This document shows, in pieces, positions 9,434 to 18,733 of a DNA stretch of 64,000 nucleotides. The position numbers and the translations under genes are program-made. The notes beneath the pieces are model-generated. The model did no database searches. It had not been told where the DNA came from and saw only the letters and a list, made by a program, of their open reading frames with translations. The DNA lies in IMG/VR virus record IMGVR_UViG_3300046167_000870; one strand, given 5' to 3'. The first letter of the stretch is position 1, and the number at the start of each line of letters is the position of its first letter. The DNA comes from a virus.

Positions 9434-10229
9434 AATGTTTAATTTTCTCTATATTATTTATTTCTCTAAAAACTGTTGTATTATGAATTATATTTAAATA
9501 ATCAACATCTTTAAAGTCAATATCAAAATAATCATTCATATTTGCTTTTGGTTTATTATTTAAACCGTGCTCTTTATATAAAGTATCTTCTAACCCTGCC
9601 ATTACTGGGTTTGAAGTGTCTATTGTTTCTATTCTAGGATCATTATCATACCAACCAAATTCTTGTGGTATTGCACATCCTAATAAATGAAACTTAATAT
9701 CCTTTAATTGATCTAATTTAAGTAAACCCTGTACAAATCGTACTCTACCTAATGCTTTTCCCATATCTACATTACTGTGTGGAAAGAAATCATTATACCA
9801 AGTAGCACCATATGATACACATAATTTTTTATATCCTAACCCATGTAATAGGTTGGCACATAAATATGCTTGGTTTTTATTTTCTCCCTGAATTACTGCA
9901 GTTATTTTTGTATTTTTATGATATTTAAATTGTCTCCAATATTTAGCTTGAGCTGCTGTTTGAGCACAATTCATCCAAACATCTGGGACTATAAATTCAT
10001 TTGGTTGTAATTCTGTTACCCAGTGACGCAATCTATCATAATCATATGCTTCACCTAATTCATGAAGTGAATTATCCATTATAACATACCTACCTTTATC
10101 TCTAGCATCAATAAAATATTGAAGATATTCTTCATCTTGATCTAGTAGATGAGGTAAACAATAATCATAATCATTAAATTCTATTGAGGATGTTAATAAA
10201 CATCGAGGTACTTCATGGCTTACTTTCAT
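9426..10229 (-). CDS. TGT/DpdA-like TIM-barrel protein (probable 7-deazaguanine transglycosylase)
   Basis: IMDNS, VPDV, AVIQG, FHLLG, IDTS in the order seen in TGT-fold proteins; heads the preQ0 cluster. Confidence 0.65.
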   Translation of the reverse strand: MKVSHEVPRCLLTSSIEFNDYDYCLPHLLDQDEEYLQYFIDARDKGRYVIMDNSLHELGEAYDYDRLRHWVTELQPNEFIVPDVWMNCAQTAAQAKYWRQFKYHKNTKITAVIQGENKNQAYLCANLLHGLGYKKLCVSYGATWYNDFFPHSNVDMGKALGRVRFVQGLLKLDQLKDIKFHLLGCAIPQEFGWYDNDPRIETIDTSNPVMAGLEDTLYKEHGLNNKPKANMNDYFDIDFKDVDYLNIIHNTTVFREINNIEKIKHYG

Positions 10230-10738
10230 ATACTTAATTTTTTAGGTCGTCCTCTACGCTTTAATGGATAAGGCATGTGAACTATTTTATACTTTTCTTC
10301 AATAATATAATAAAGATCTATCAGGGTACCACTACATTTTAACATTTCTTCTTCAACTTGTTCTCTATTGCATTTGAAATATTTGGTAAATTCAACTGTT
10401 AGGGAACGTAATCTTTCATTTTCATCTTTTTCAAAATCCTCAATCAAACGTTTTCTTCGAGCTCTGATAACTGATGTTTTTTCCAAATATTTTTGGTAGT
10501 CAATACCACATTCTTCTAAAATATCATTCAATTGATATTCAACTTGATATTGTTGTGCTTTATAACATGAATAGTCAAAATCACCATTCAATATTCTATC
10601 ACGAAGTGGTTTGCGATTATCAAGCGGTTTATTCTTTGGTTGATAACTTCTCCACCATCTAAATTGATTGTAATTTATTTTTTGATATTTAGAGAGTTCT
10701 TTCTCTACCTGTTTCCTAGTTAATGGTATCTTAAACAT
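10226..10738 (-). CDS. Hypothetical protein with C-terminal AT-hook-like motif
   Basis: KRRGRPKK at C-terminus. Confidence 0.6.
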   Translation of the reverse strand: MFKIPLTRKQVEKELSKYQKINYNQFRWWRSYQPKNKPLDNRKPLRDRILNGDFDYSCYKAQQYQVEYQLNDILEECGIDYQKYLEKTSVIRARRKRLIEDFEKDENERLRSLTVEFTKYFKCNREQVEEEMLKCSGTLIDLYYIIEEKYKIVHMPYPLKRRGRPKKLSI

Positions 10739-10741
10739 ATA

Positions 10742-10864
10742 TTAATAAAAAATCCACATTGAAACATAAAACAAGAAACTTACAGTTCCAATAAATAACA
10801 TACTCATTATAAACTCAACTGGATCGTCTTTAATTGACTGGATGAATTGCTTGAATTCTAACAT
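10742..10864 (-). CDS. Small single-TM protein, 40 aa (not in ORF track)
   Basis: MLEFKQFIQSIKDDPVEFIMSMLFIGTVSFLFYVSMWIFY, directly downstream of a promoter motif at 10895. Confidence 0.6.
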   Translation of the reverse strand: MLEFKQFIQSIKDDPVEFIMSMLFIGTVSFLFYVSMWIFY

Positions 10865-10939
10865 AACTTTTATTTATTTTATTATTATACCCTAAATATA
10901 CGATGACTTCCTCGGGTATCCTAGTTTTTTTGTGGAAGT

Positions 10940-12151
10940 CTAATAAGTTTTTGTTTCATCATCTTCTAAATCAGAAACTATACCTTTTAATTTTTTTACT
11001 TCTTGTAAGGCTTTATCTACCCTATTTGAACTTTTAGTTATTCCACTACTAAGAATTGATTCTTCTAACTCAGCTATTCTTTTTTTTGCCTCTCCTATCT
11101 CTGAATCATCAACAATTCCATCTTTATTTAGATCTAATTCATCAAAATAATGTTCTCCATCATTACCATTTTGACCAATAATATCCATTCTTTTTTCCTC
11201 ATCATCACCATAGTTTTTGATATTGACTTTATCATCCCAATGTTTACCATGGTCTTTAATATACTGTTTTCTTTCTTCTTCAAGAGTTAAAGGTTTAACT
11301 TCAACATCTTCTCCATATAGGTTTTCTCTATATTTTCTTTTAGGGTATGCTTTATCAAAAGCAAAGTTAGCAGCCACAACTAATGAAATAGCTAAAGGAT
11401 CAAATACAAAAATTATAATAAGTAATAGTACATTTATGATTTTATCCATAGGAGTACCCGTCAAACCCGATAAATACTGCAGTGGTCCTAGTTCTCCAGC
11501 AACCTCGTTGTTACTTTCTAGTTCCAGCACTTGTAACTGGAATTTCTGAAGTGAATCAGCTGCTATTTCTCTCTTTCCTTGCGCCAACTTACGATTCTCC
11601 TCCTCAATATTAATACGATTCTGCGCCATTCTAAGCTCAGTTGTAGAGATTGTTGTTCTAACGCCCCCAGATACCGTGGTGTCTCGTACTTGGATGGACG
11701 AAGCTTTTGCATTAGATAAAGTACTAATATTACTAGATATTCTTTTAATTTCTTCATCGTATCTATTTACATCTGCTTGATAAAATTCTACTTTTTGTTG
11801 TATAAAACCCTTTTGATTTTCTGCTATAGTTAATTTACTATAAGTATCCTGATAAGCTGCACTTAAAAAACCATAAATACCCATACTAGTAATTAATACT
11901 AATACTATAGTTGCTATTGATAAATAAGTTCTTAATGCTTTATTAATTGAGTCCCAATATTGGTATAATAAAGATGCTGTTACTAATTTAGCAAATTCTA
12001 ATGAACCTGCCATTATAATAACTTGAAATTGGGCTCCAGCAAATAATTTGCTTAATCCATAAACTGAGTAGAATGCTGCCGATGCACTTACTGACAAAGC
12101 AGAAAATGCAATTAGGAACGGAAACATTCCCTTTTTAATTTCTTTAAACAT
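10940..12151 (-). CDS. Multi-TM membrane protein with periplasmic coiled coil and EF-hand-like loop
   Basis: Three N-terminal TMs, coiled coil, TM ending VFDPLA, DLNKDGIVDDSE. Confidence 0.7.
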   Translation of the reverse strand: MFKEIKKGMFPFLIAFSALSVSASAAFYSVYGLSKLFAGAQFQVIIMAGSLEFAKLVTASLLYQYWDSINKALRTYLSIATIVLVLITSMGIYGFLSAAYQDTYSKLTIAENQKGFIQQKVEFYQADVNRYDEEIKRISSNISTLSNAKASSIQVRDTTVSGGVRTTISTTELRMAQNRINIEEENRKLAQGKREIAADSLQKFQLQVLELESNNEVAGELGPLQYLSGLTGTPMDKIINVLLLIIIFVFDPLAISLVVAANFAFDKAYPKRKYRENLYGEDVEVKPLTLEEERKQYIKDHGKHWDDKVNIKNYGDDEEKRMDIIGQNGNDGEHYFDELDLNKDGIVDDSEIGEAKKRIAELEESILSSGITKSSNRVDKALQEVKKLKGIVSDLEDDETKTY

Positions 12152-12162
12152 AATTTTAGTTT

Positions 12163-12636
12163 TTACACTGTATCGTGGTCAATATACGTCACTTCTACGT
12201 CATCTCCACGCTCTATTGCTTCTGCTATTGCTGGGTATACTCTTTTATAAGCATCAACTGATGATCCTATAAACCCATTTGGTCTTTTAGTAATATTTTG
12301 ATATTGAGTATCTCCTAACAATAAACATCCAGCTGTGTGTTCATCTGTATTTCCAGTATGCCAAAGGATATATTTAAAATTAGGTACATCTTGTACATGA
12401 ATCATTCCTTTATGCATAGCACCATACTTTCCAGCATATCTACCATGAAAACCACCTACTTTTCTTAACTTTAATTTATAAGTACCTGCTGGTATTCTTG
12501 TTTCAGCCATTATTTTATCTTCTCTGTGTTCATCTTCTAGTGTATAACAAAGAAATTTAATTTCATCTGTTACATCCATTAATAGTCCATTTGTGCTGTC
12601 TTTCTGTGAACTAAATCTAATTACTTCTAATTTCAT
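12163..12636 (-). CDS. DUF5675-like protein, candidate endolysin
   Basis: CYTLED, RIPAGTY, VPNFKYILWHTGNTDEHTAGCLLLG (His/Cys pair). Confidence 0.75.
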   Translation of the reverse strand: MKLEVIRFSSQKDSTNGLLMDVTDEIKFLCYTLEDEHREDKIMAETRIPAGTYKLKLRKVGGFHGRYAGKYGAMHKGMIHVQDVPNFKYILWHTGNTDEHTAGCLLLGDTQYQNITKRPNGFIGSSVDAYKRVYPAIAEAIERGDDVEVTYIDHDTV

Positions 12637-12639
12637 AAT

Positions 12640-12822
12640 TTATAGTTTTACTACGCTAAAAATAGCGTACGTTATTAACATAAATAGTACACCACCCATT
12701 ACATCTTCATGATGTTTTTGTTCTGTTTTTGGCGTACAACATTTGTCAGCTGGAACTTTACTAGTCCCACACCCACTTAGTAATATTAAACTTAACGCCG
12801 CTGTTATCATTTTCTTTCTCAT
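12640..12822 (-). CDS. Small lipoprotein with C-terminal TM helix
   Basis: MRKKMITAALSLILLSG-C lipobox; C-terminal GGVLFMLITYAIFSVVKL. Confidence 0.65.
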   Translation of the reverse strand: MRKKMITAALSLILLSGCGTSKVPADKCCTPKTEQKHHEDVMGGVLFMLITYAIFSVVKL

Positions 12823-12838
12823 AGTTATAGTTTTAAAT

Positions 12839-12868
12839 AAAAATTCCCGCACCTTGCGGTACGGGAAT
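12839..12868 (-). terminator. Intrinsic terminator
   Basis: Minus strand TTCCCGTACC-GCAA-GGTGCGGGAA followed by a T-run. Confidence 0.75.
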
Positions 12869-12885
12869 AAATATTAAACACCTCC

Positions 12886-13140
12886 TTATTTTTTAACTAT
12901 GTGATACAATACAAAAGCACCTACTAAACCTAGTAGACCTTCTGCGTTAAGTCCGCCTAAAATTGCCATGATATTATCTACCACGGATATATTAGGCCAA
13001 AAGGGGATTCCTGCTCCACTGAATAGTACTTCTAGTACTACCCCTAAAGCAATTAAAGACACACCTATGTGAGTCAGTTTGTCAGCCCAAGAGCCGACCT
13101 TGTTTAGAATTTCCATAAAATTGGGTTTTAAGTTAAACAA
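12886..13140 (-). CDS. Small membrane protein
   Basis: Largely hydrophobic, 2-3 TM segments; true start probably MEIL at 13116. Confidence 0.7.
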   Translation of the reverse strand: MFNLKPNFMEILNKVGSWADKLTHIGVSLIALGVVLEVLFSGAGIPFWPNISVVDNIMAILGGLNAEGLLGLVGAFVLYHIVKK

Positions 13141-13153
13141 ATGTAACTAGCAA

Positions 13154-13393
13154 CTAATTGTCTTCGTCTTTTTTCTTTCCGAAGATTTTGCCTACCTCAG
13201 CGATTCCGAATGAACCGAGTGTTATGATTACAAAGGAGTTGTATATGTAATCTTGAATCTGTAATTCCTTGCCGTAAACACCTGTTACAATGTCTACTAC
13301 TGCAAAGATAACCATTACCATGAAGGACATAAAGCCCACCACGTTTTTTTCATTAATGTTGTTGTCGTCTTTAAACAAATCTTTAAATGCCAT
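13154..13393 (-). CDS. Holin-like 2-TM protein
   Basis: Two TMs and a charged C-terminal tail (KKKDEDN), near the DUF5675-like gene. Confidence 0.5.
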   Translation of the reverse strand: MAFKDLFKDDNNINEKNVVGFMSFMVMVIFAVVDIVTGVYGKELQIQDYIYNSFVIITLGSFGIAEVGKIFGKKKDEDN

Positions 13394-13455
13394 ACTTCTA
13401 GTTTTTAAAAATTAGTAAAACTATTAGCGGAACCTTATTGTTGTGATTATAAATA

Positions 13456-13881
13456 TTAGAATCTGTTAGAATTTTTAGCTTCTTCAATAGCTTCTTCAAC
13501 ATCTTCTTTGGTGGATGGGAATAGTAGATCTAATCCTGCTTTAAATTTGGATTGTATTCCATCTTGAGTTATAATAAACATGGTAGGAGCCATTCTAACT
13601 CTATATTTTTTCTTTGCTAGTGGAGCTTTAGAAATATCTACTCTATAATATTCTATGTCTGGTCTACTTGCTAGCTCTTGCCAGTGTTCGTAACAATTTA
13701 TTTCATTAAATTTGGCCCAATATTCTACTACTACAATTTTGCTATCATCATCACCAAATGCTGAATTGCCATTTACAATTTCTTCGTAATTTGAATCATC
13801 TAACCAATATTTTTCAGGAACTTCCTGTTGTGCTAAAAGCATTAAAGGAAAAATATAAAATAATATTAAAAGTTTTTTCAT
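13456..13881 (-). CDS. Secreted thioredoxin-fold protein lacking CxxC
   Basis: Signal peptide; VVVEYWAKFN...YRVDI...YRVRMAPT. Confidence 0.7.
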   Translation of the reverse strand: MKKLLILFYIFPLMLLAQQEVPEKYWLDDSNYEEIVNGNSAFGDDDSKIVVVEYWAKFNEINCYEHWQELASRPDIEYYRVDISKAPLAKKKYRVRMAPTMFIITQDGIQSKFKAGLDLLFPSTKEDVEEAIEEAKNSNRF

Positions 13882-13883
13882 GT

Positions 13884-14168
13884 TTATCTTTGTTTAGATA
13901 ACTCATAAAGACGCTCTTCTAGCTTTTCCATTTTCTCCAGTATCATTTCAACGTCTTCTTGGGTATCCATTATGGTTTGGCGAATCAACTCATCCTTTAA
14001 GTCATATTCGACCCTTTCAATAACTGGTTCTGGTTGTGTTGCAGCGTATGCTATATCTGCTTTTAATGTAAAATACATACCTGCTAGGGAAACAGTGAAT
14101 GCCACTATCATCCCAATAGTTTTTAAATCTAGAGTTACTTTAGTATCTTCTCCTATTTGCTTTGCCAT
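13884..14168 (-). CDS. Single-TM coiled-coil protein
   Basis: One hydrophobic helix followed by a heptad-rich acidic tail. Confidence 0.65.
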   Translation of the reverse strand: MAKQIGEDTKVTLDLKTIGMIVAFTVSLAGMYFTLKADIAYAATQPEPVIERVEYDLKDELIRQTIMDTQEDVEMILEKMEKLEERLYELSKQR

Positions 14169-15364
14169 TATTTAAATGTATAATTTAATCCGAAGGTTGT
14201 TTGATATAATTTGCTATCCCACATTTTTGAATATTCTCCTTCTATGAATATCCCTAAGTTTTTACCAATTTTAGTTCCTAAATTAACACCAAAAGAATAA
14301 TCATGCCATTGCTCACCTTTTAAATTATTATTGTGACCTCCAAGTCCCCAACTATTTCTGTGTAAGTAACTAAAATCTTCATTTCCTCTAATATACCTGT
14401 GGTATGGTAAAATATAATTAGCATATCCGTGTAGCCAAAAATCTTTTTTGTAGTGGTAAAAATCTACACCTACTATTGGGGCTAAATCTAACCATGGGTC
14501 TAATAAATCCCAAGCTTCACCGTTAAACCTATTCATTAACATAGGCATTACAGTTTCTCTAAAATCTAAATCTGAGTGTGCTACTTGGTTTCCATCTTCA
14601 TCTACCCAACACCAGTCTTGCATTGTTGTTTCTTCTCCTGTAATTGGGTCTGTGCTTGTTTGTGTATAGAAAATATCATTATAACCATAATTTCTTCCTA
14701 ATTCATACCATTGATTTACTGCGTTCCCATTCTCATCAATTTCATTTAACCATATTTCGACTGGGTTATAACCGTAAGCTCTTTCATGTCCTCTTAATAT
14801 TGCTCCAGCTGAAAAGCTAAACTTTTTTCCTATTGGTAATCTACCTCTTACTTCGGCTGAATTATATTTAAGATTAATTTTACCTACTTCTCTAGCTTGA
14901 AGTTTTACAATATGATATTTACCTGTGTGTTTTAAAAAGTAATTATAATTTGTAAAATTTTCTCCTCTCCATCTTTCTTTTTCATAATGGAATTGGTATT
15001 CTAATCCTTGTACTGCTGATGTTGGGGCAGAAAATACTAATTGTTCTTCTGTACCATCATAAAAATTCTTTGGTTTTCTCTCGTAATCAAATCTAGCTAA
15101 TTTTCTTATTCCAAATCCATATCTGTAATCAAATGGATATTTTGGAGTATTATCAACCACATCAGGAATTGAATATAAACTCCCATCTGGATTTGTTCTT
15201 AAAAAGTAAGTTGGCTCTGCAGCCTCTATTGAATTTGAAATATCACCCGCTCCATAAACAGTACCATATTTCAAGAAATCTTTATAAACTTCTTTTAAAA
15301 TTTGGGCTTGTGAAACTGTTGGTGAAAATAAAATAAACGAAACAATTAATACTAATATCCTCAT
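14168..15364 (-). CDS. Secreted probable outer-membrane beta-barrel protein
   Basis: Signal peptide, aromatic alternating strands, BAM-type C-terminal strand TFGLNYTFK. Confidence 0.65.
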   Translation of the reverse strand: MRILVLIVSFILFSPTVSQAQILKEVYKDFLKYGTVYGAGDISNSIEAAEPTYFLRTNPDGSLYSIPDVVDNTPKYPFDYRYGFGIRKLARFDYERKPKNFYDGTEEQLVFSAPTSAVQGLEYQFHYEKERWRGENFTNYNYFLKHTGKYHIVKLQAREVGKINLKYNSAEVRGRLPIGKKFSFSAGAILRGHERAYGYNPVEIWLNEIDENGNAVNQWYELGRNYGYNDIFYTQTSTDPITGEETTMQDWCWVDEDGNQVAHSDLDFRETVMPMLMNRFNGEAWDLLDPWLDLAPIVGVDFYHYKKDFWLHGYANYILPYHRYIRGNEDFSYLHRNSWGLGGHNNNLKGEQWHDYSFGVNLGTKIGKNLGIFIEGEYSKMWDSKLYQTTFGLNYTFK

Positions 15365-15424
15365 ATTATTATCGTTTTATGTTTGCCGATAAATATATGA
15401 AAATTTATGAATATTCGAAGAAAT

Positions 15425-15865
15425 TTAAAATTTTATTCGATCAATTGCCTTTTTTACTGCAGAAGAGAATGTTGTTTTATTAAATGGTAATTTTTCATTA
15501 CTTAAATCAATAAAAGTTGATTCTACTGTGGATTTAGCTTTACCAGTTACTTCAATTTCTTTACCATCTATGTAAACTAGCATTTTAACAATTGTTTTTT
15601 TTGCGGCTTTACTCCAGACTCCAAATTCAATACTTGTTGTAGGTGCTTCTATAGATTTTACTATTACCCTTACAGGTTTTCCATCCATACATAATTCATA
15701 TTTGTCTGAGATTACATCTTCCATTATTTGTTTTATACCAAATATTATACGGTTTTTGCTAATTTCTTTCATTTCAATCTGTGTACTTACTATAGTTACA
15801 GTATAACATTCTTGTGATAATGCAAATACAGGTAAGCACATTAATAGTATAATTATTTTTTTCAT
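15425..15865 (-). CDS. Secreted CsgG-fold-like paralog
   Basis: Signal peptide; FNKTTFSSAVKKA matches FNKSTIGIATKKA of 17044-17748. Confidence 0.5.
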   Translation of the reverse strand: MKKIIILLMCLPVFALSQECYTVTIVSTQIEMKEISKNRIIFGIKQIMEDVISDKYELCMDGKPVRVIVKSIEAPTTSIEFGVWSKAAKKTIVKMLVYIDGKEIEVTGKAKSTVESTFIDLSNEKLPFNKTTFSSAVKKAIDRIKF

Positions 15866-15866
15866 A

Positions 15867-17063
15867 TTAAAATCTTATTTTACCACCAGTTAATATCTGG
15901 AAATTTAATGCATTTCCTTGTGAATGCCAAACTCCAGTAAAACTGATATTATATTTAAATGTTTTTGTTATTTTTATATCCCATGAACTAAAAGGTACTA
16001 TTAGCATACCTGGATCCCACCATTTACCTTCATAGTATTGTGTAAATGGAGAATAAACGCCTAATAATAAAGCTGATGTTGTTATTTTATCACTTATTCT
16101 AAAATTTCTATGTAATCCAGCAACGGCTGATATGTTTTGTAGTTCTCGTTTACCTAATTTACCTATTGTAAGATTGATACCAGCCATACCAGTATACTTT
16201 TTTTTATAAAATTTAAAGGATTCTAAAACTGTAGTTGTATTTAAATGGTTGTACTTCCAATCTGTCATTGTAGTATTTGCTCCTACTAAATTAAATGTTC
16301 TATTTGGATTAATCCATGATTTATAAAGTGTTAAACTAAAATCATTAGTAACAGATGTATATGTAAATAAAGCTCCTTTAATTCTAGTTTGTTCTGTATT
16401 AGCATGAGTTATTGAGCTAACTACTTTTATTTGACGTCCATTTGAATTATCTTGGTTATCAATAACTACAATATCACCTGATGCAATTAATGAACCTGCA
16501 TTTTTATTAGCTTCTGCACTTCCTCCATCTGCTGCATTTGAGAGAGAATTAGCTAGTGAAACAGCAACCGCACCTTCAGCTTCTTCTTCTTCATTACCTG
16601 ATCCTTCATCTTCATCTTCTTCATTACCTGATCCTTCATCTTCATCTTCACCTGCTGAATTATCTATTGCTTCTGCTACTGGGGCTGCTGCTGCTGAAGT
16701 TGCTTGAGGTAACATATCTCCTCCTAGTATAGACATTATACTTGTAACAACTGTAATTGTATTTTGTACTGCTACGGAATTGGTAGTATTTAATAGTACT
16801 TGAGTTACACTTTCACAAGGACTTGATGAATTAGCTTGAGTAACTAAATCTAACCAAGAATCAAAAGCTCCATTTGTAAAATCATCTTGTGAAAATGTTT
16901 GGACATTTCCAAAATAATTTAAGGCAACAGCATTACTACCTCCTATTTGAATTGTTTGTTGAGTTAAAGTACAAGGATCTGTAAATGTATAAGACCACTG
17001 GCCATAACTTACCAATGGTAAGAAAAATAAAATTAATAGTATTTTATTCTTTAAATATCCCAC
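15867..17063 (-). CDS. Secreted protein with acidic linker and C-terminal beta-barrel-like domain
   Basis: Signal peptide, DPC..SPC Cys pair, EDEDEGSGNE repeats, C-terminal ILTGGKIRF. Confidence 0.6.
   Translation of the reverse strand: MGYLKNKILLILFFLPLVSYGQWSYTFTDPCTLTQQTIQIGGSNAVALNYFGNVQTFSQDDFTNGAFDSWLDLVTQANSSSPCESVTQVLLNTTNSVAVQNTITVVTSIMSILGGDMLPQATSAAAAPVAEAIDNSAGEDEDEGSGNEEDEDEGSGNEEEEAEGAVAVSLANSLSNAADGGSAEANKNAGSLIASGDIVVIDNQDNSNGRQIKVVSSITHANTEQTRIKGALFTYTSVTNDFSLTLYKSWINPNRTFNLVGANTTMTDWKYNHLNTTTVLESFKFYKKKYTGMAGINLTIGKLGKRELQNISAVAGLHRNFRISDKITTSALLLGVYSPFTQYYEGKWWDPGMLIVPFSSWDIKITKTFKYNISFTGVWHSQGNALNFQILTGGKIRF
16590..16649. repeat. 30-bp tandem repeat x2 (encodes EDEDEGSGNE)
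   Basis: ttcattacctgatccttcatcttcatcttc occurs twice in tandem. Confidence 0.9.
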
Positions 17064-17748
17064 GTTTTATCATCCTTTTTACGATACGGGCAGTTCCAGA
17101 TTCTAAAGCTTTTTTAGTGGCAATTCCAATAGTAGATTTATTAAATTTAACTTCATTGTCTTCTCCAATTTGAGATCGTTTAATTGTAACCGCTTCACCA
17201 CTACCACTTCCTGTAAAAATAGTTCCAGTTTCAGCATTAACAAATCTAACTTGCATACCAATAATTGTTTTTAATACAGTTTTAACTCCATTAACTGTAA
17301 CTTCTTCTTCTTCTGATACTGAGTAGTCATAGATTTCTACATATACAAAATATTCTGCTAATACAACATTACCTACAACTTTAATATCATTTGATGATAT
17401 ACCTTTTGCAGCTGCCTTATGTTGTTTAACCATTCTTTGTTTAATATCTTCTTTATCTTCTGTAAATAGGAATCTATCAGTCCATTCTAGATAAGATAAA
17501 GTAATATTACTAACACCTAATCCTACTCTGTTTTCTCTTAATTCAGGATAAAATTCATATAATTCTGGTGTAAAGCCAATATTTAAGACTTGAATTGGTA
17601 ATTGGTAATCTAACATATAATCAGATACTTCATCTATATCTGCATCTTGTTCAAATTTACCTTTATAATTTTCTGTTTCAGTTTTACCTAATTGAGCATT
17701 AGCTGTAAAACTTAAGAGTAACGATATTATTAAAAAAATTCTTACCAT
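17044..17748 (-). CDS. CsgG/HfaB-family envelope protein
   Basis: Signal peptide; TDRFLFTE, AEYFVYVEIYDYS, MQVRFVNAETGTIFTGSGSGEA. Confidence 0.7.
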   Translation of the reverse strand: MVRIFLIISLLLSFTANAQLGKTETENYKGKFEQDADIDEVSDYMLDYQLPIQVLNIGFTPELYEFYPELRENRVGLGVSNITLSYLEWTDRFLFTEDKEDIKQRMVKQHKAAAKGISSNDIKVVGNVVLAEYFVYVEIYDYSVSEEEEVTVNGVKTVLKTIIGMQVRFVNAETGTIFTGSGSGEAVTIKRSQIGEDNEVKFNKSTIGIATKKALESGTARIVKRMIKRGIFKE

Positions 17749-17999
17749 GATATTTCTTCTTCTTTTTCTTCTTTCTTAGGAGGTATTACTATTGTTTTAG
17801 AAATTACAATAGTATCTTTAGAAGCCGCTGGTGGGTTAATTCTTTGTTCCATTATAGGTTGTTCTACAACATCTTCTTTAGGTTCAAATATTGATTGCAT
17901 ATTAGCTATTAATAATCCAAAGGCTGCTGTTATAACTAATCCTATACCTGTTACTACTTGGTTTTTGATTTCCGAAAAAAATCCTTTATTTTCACTCAT
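17742..17999 (-). CDS. Single-TM protein
   Basis: N-terminal TM, Pro/Glu-rich tail with DTI. Confidence 0.65.
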   Translation of the reverse strand: MSENKGFFSEIKNQVVTGIGLVITAAFGLLIANMQSIFEPKEDVVEQPIMEQRINPPAASKDTIVISKTIVIPPKKEEKEEEISW

Positions 18000-18730
18000 T
18001 TTTTAATTATTTTAAATGTTTTAACAAATCTACCATTACTTACTTGTAATAAATAAATTGCAGATGCTAAGTCTGATAAATCCATTTGGAATGAAACGTA
18101 ACCACTAAAAAATTCCCTTGTAGTTGATTTCATTAATGTTCCGTTATACGTAATTACTCTTATTGTATAAGAACCATTATCCGGTACTGTTAATTCAAAT
18201 GTTAATGGACCTTTTACTGGGACAGGATATACTATACCATAAATGCCATCTGCTGGTTGTGTATCAAATGGAAGAGACATTTTATTAACATATCCATCTG
18301 TGTTATCAACATCAATATCCCACCCTAAATCTGTACCTGCTGTTTTTCTTCCTATGGTAATTGGTATTTCAGTCCAATTTTGATCAATAACTTTAAATCT
18401 TACTGTAAATAACTCAGTTGTATTACTTATAGTAAAGTTACCAAAAGAGGCATCATAACCTCCCCATCTTACTGTTTCACCTTCCCAATCCTGTGTATAT
18501 GTTAACCATTCTTGTGCCTTAGCTGTTACAGTAATTTCCTCAAATTCTAAATATTGAGAATCAAATTCTAAAGCAAATTCTAAACTTCCAACTGTTTCTC
18601 CTGATGTTTCAATTTCTACAGGTAAATTAATATATTCACTAACAGGAACCTCAATCTCAGGTACGTTAAATACGACCTGAGAATGAGCTACTGTTGTTAT
18701 GGTTAGTAAAAATATTAATAGTTGTTTCAT
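17996..18730 (-). CDS. Cohesin-domain protein with T9SS type A C-terminal sorting domain
   Basis: Signal peptide; VGSLEFALEFDSQYLEF...ELFTVRFKV (cohesin); IVYPVPVKG...DLSDLASAIYLLQVSNGRFVKTFKIIKK (CTD). Confidence 0.8.
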   Translation of the reverse strand: MKQLLIFLLTITTVAHSQVVFNVPEIEVPVSEYINLPVEIETSGETVGSLEFALEFDSQYLEFEEITVTAKAQEWLTYTQDWEGETVRWGGYDASFGNFTISNTTELFTVRFKVIDQNWTEIPITIGRKTAGTDLGWDIDVDNTDGYVNKMSLPFDTQPADGIYGIVYPVPVKGPLTFELTVPDNGSYTIRVITYNGTLMKSTTREFFSGYVSFQMDLSDLASAIYLLQVSNGRFVKTFKIIKK

Positions 18731-18733
18731 TTA

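Noticed and set aside
7868-10229. Queuosine modification of the phage tRNAs
   Set aside because: Gln(UUG) and Ala(UGC) are not GUN-anticodon tRNAs and no queF, queA or queG is visible, so DNA is the more likely target
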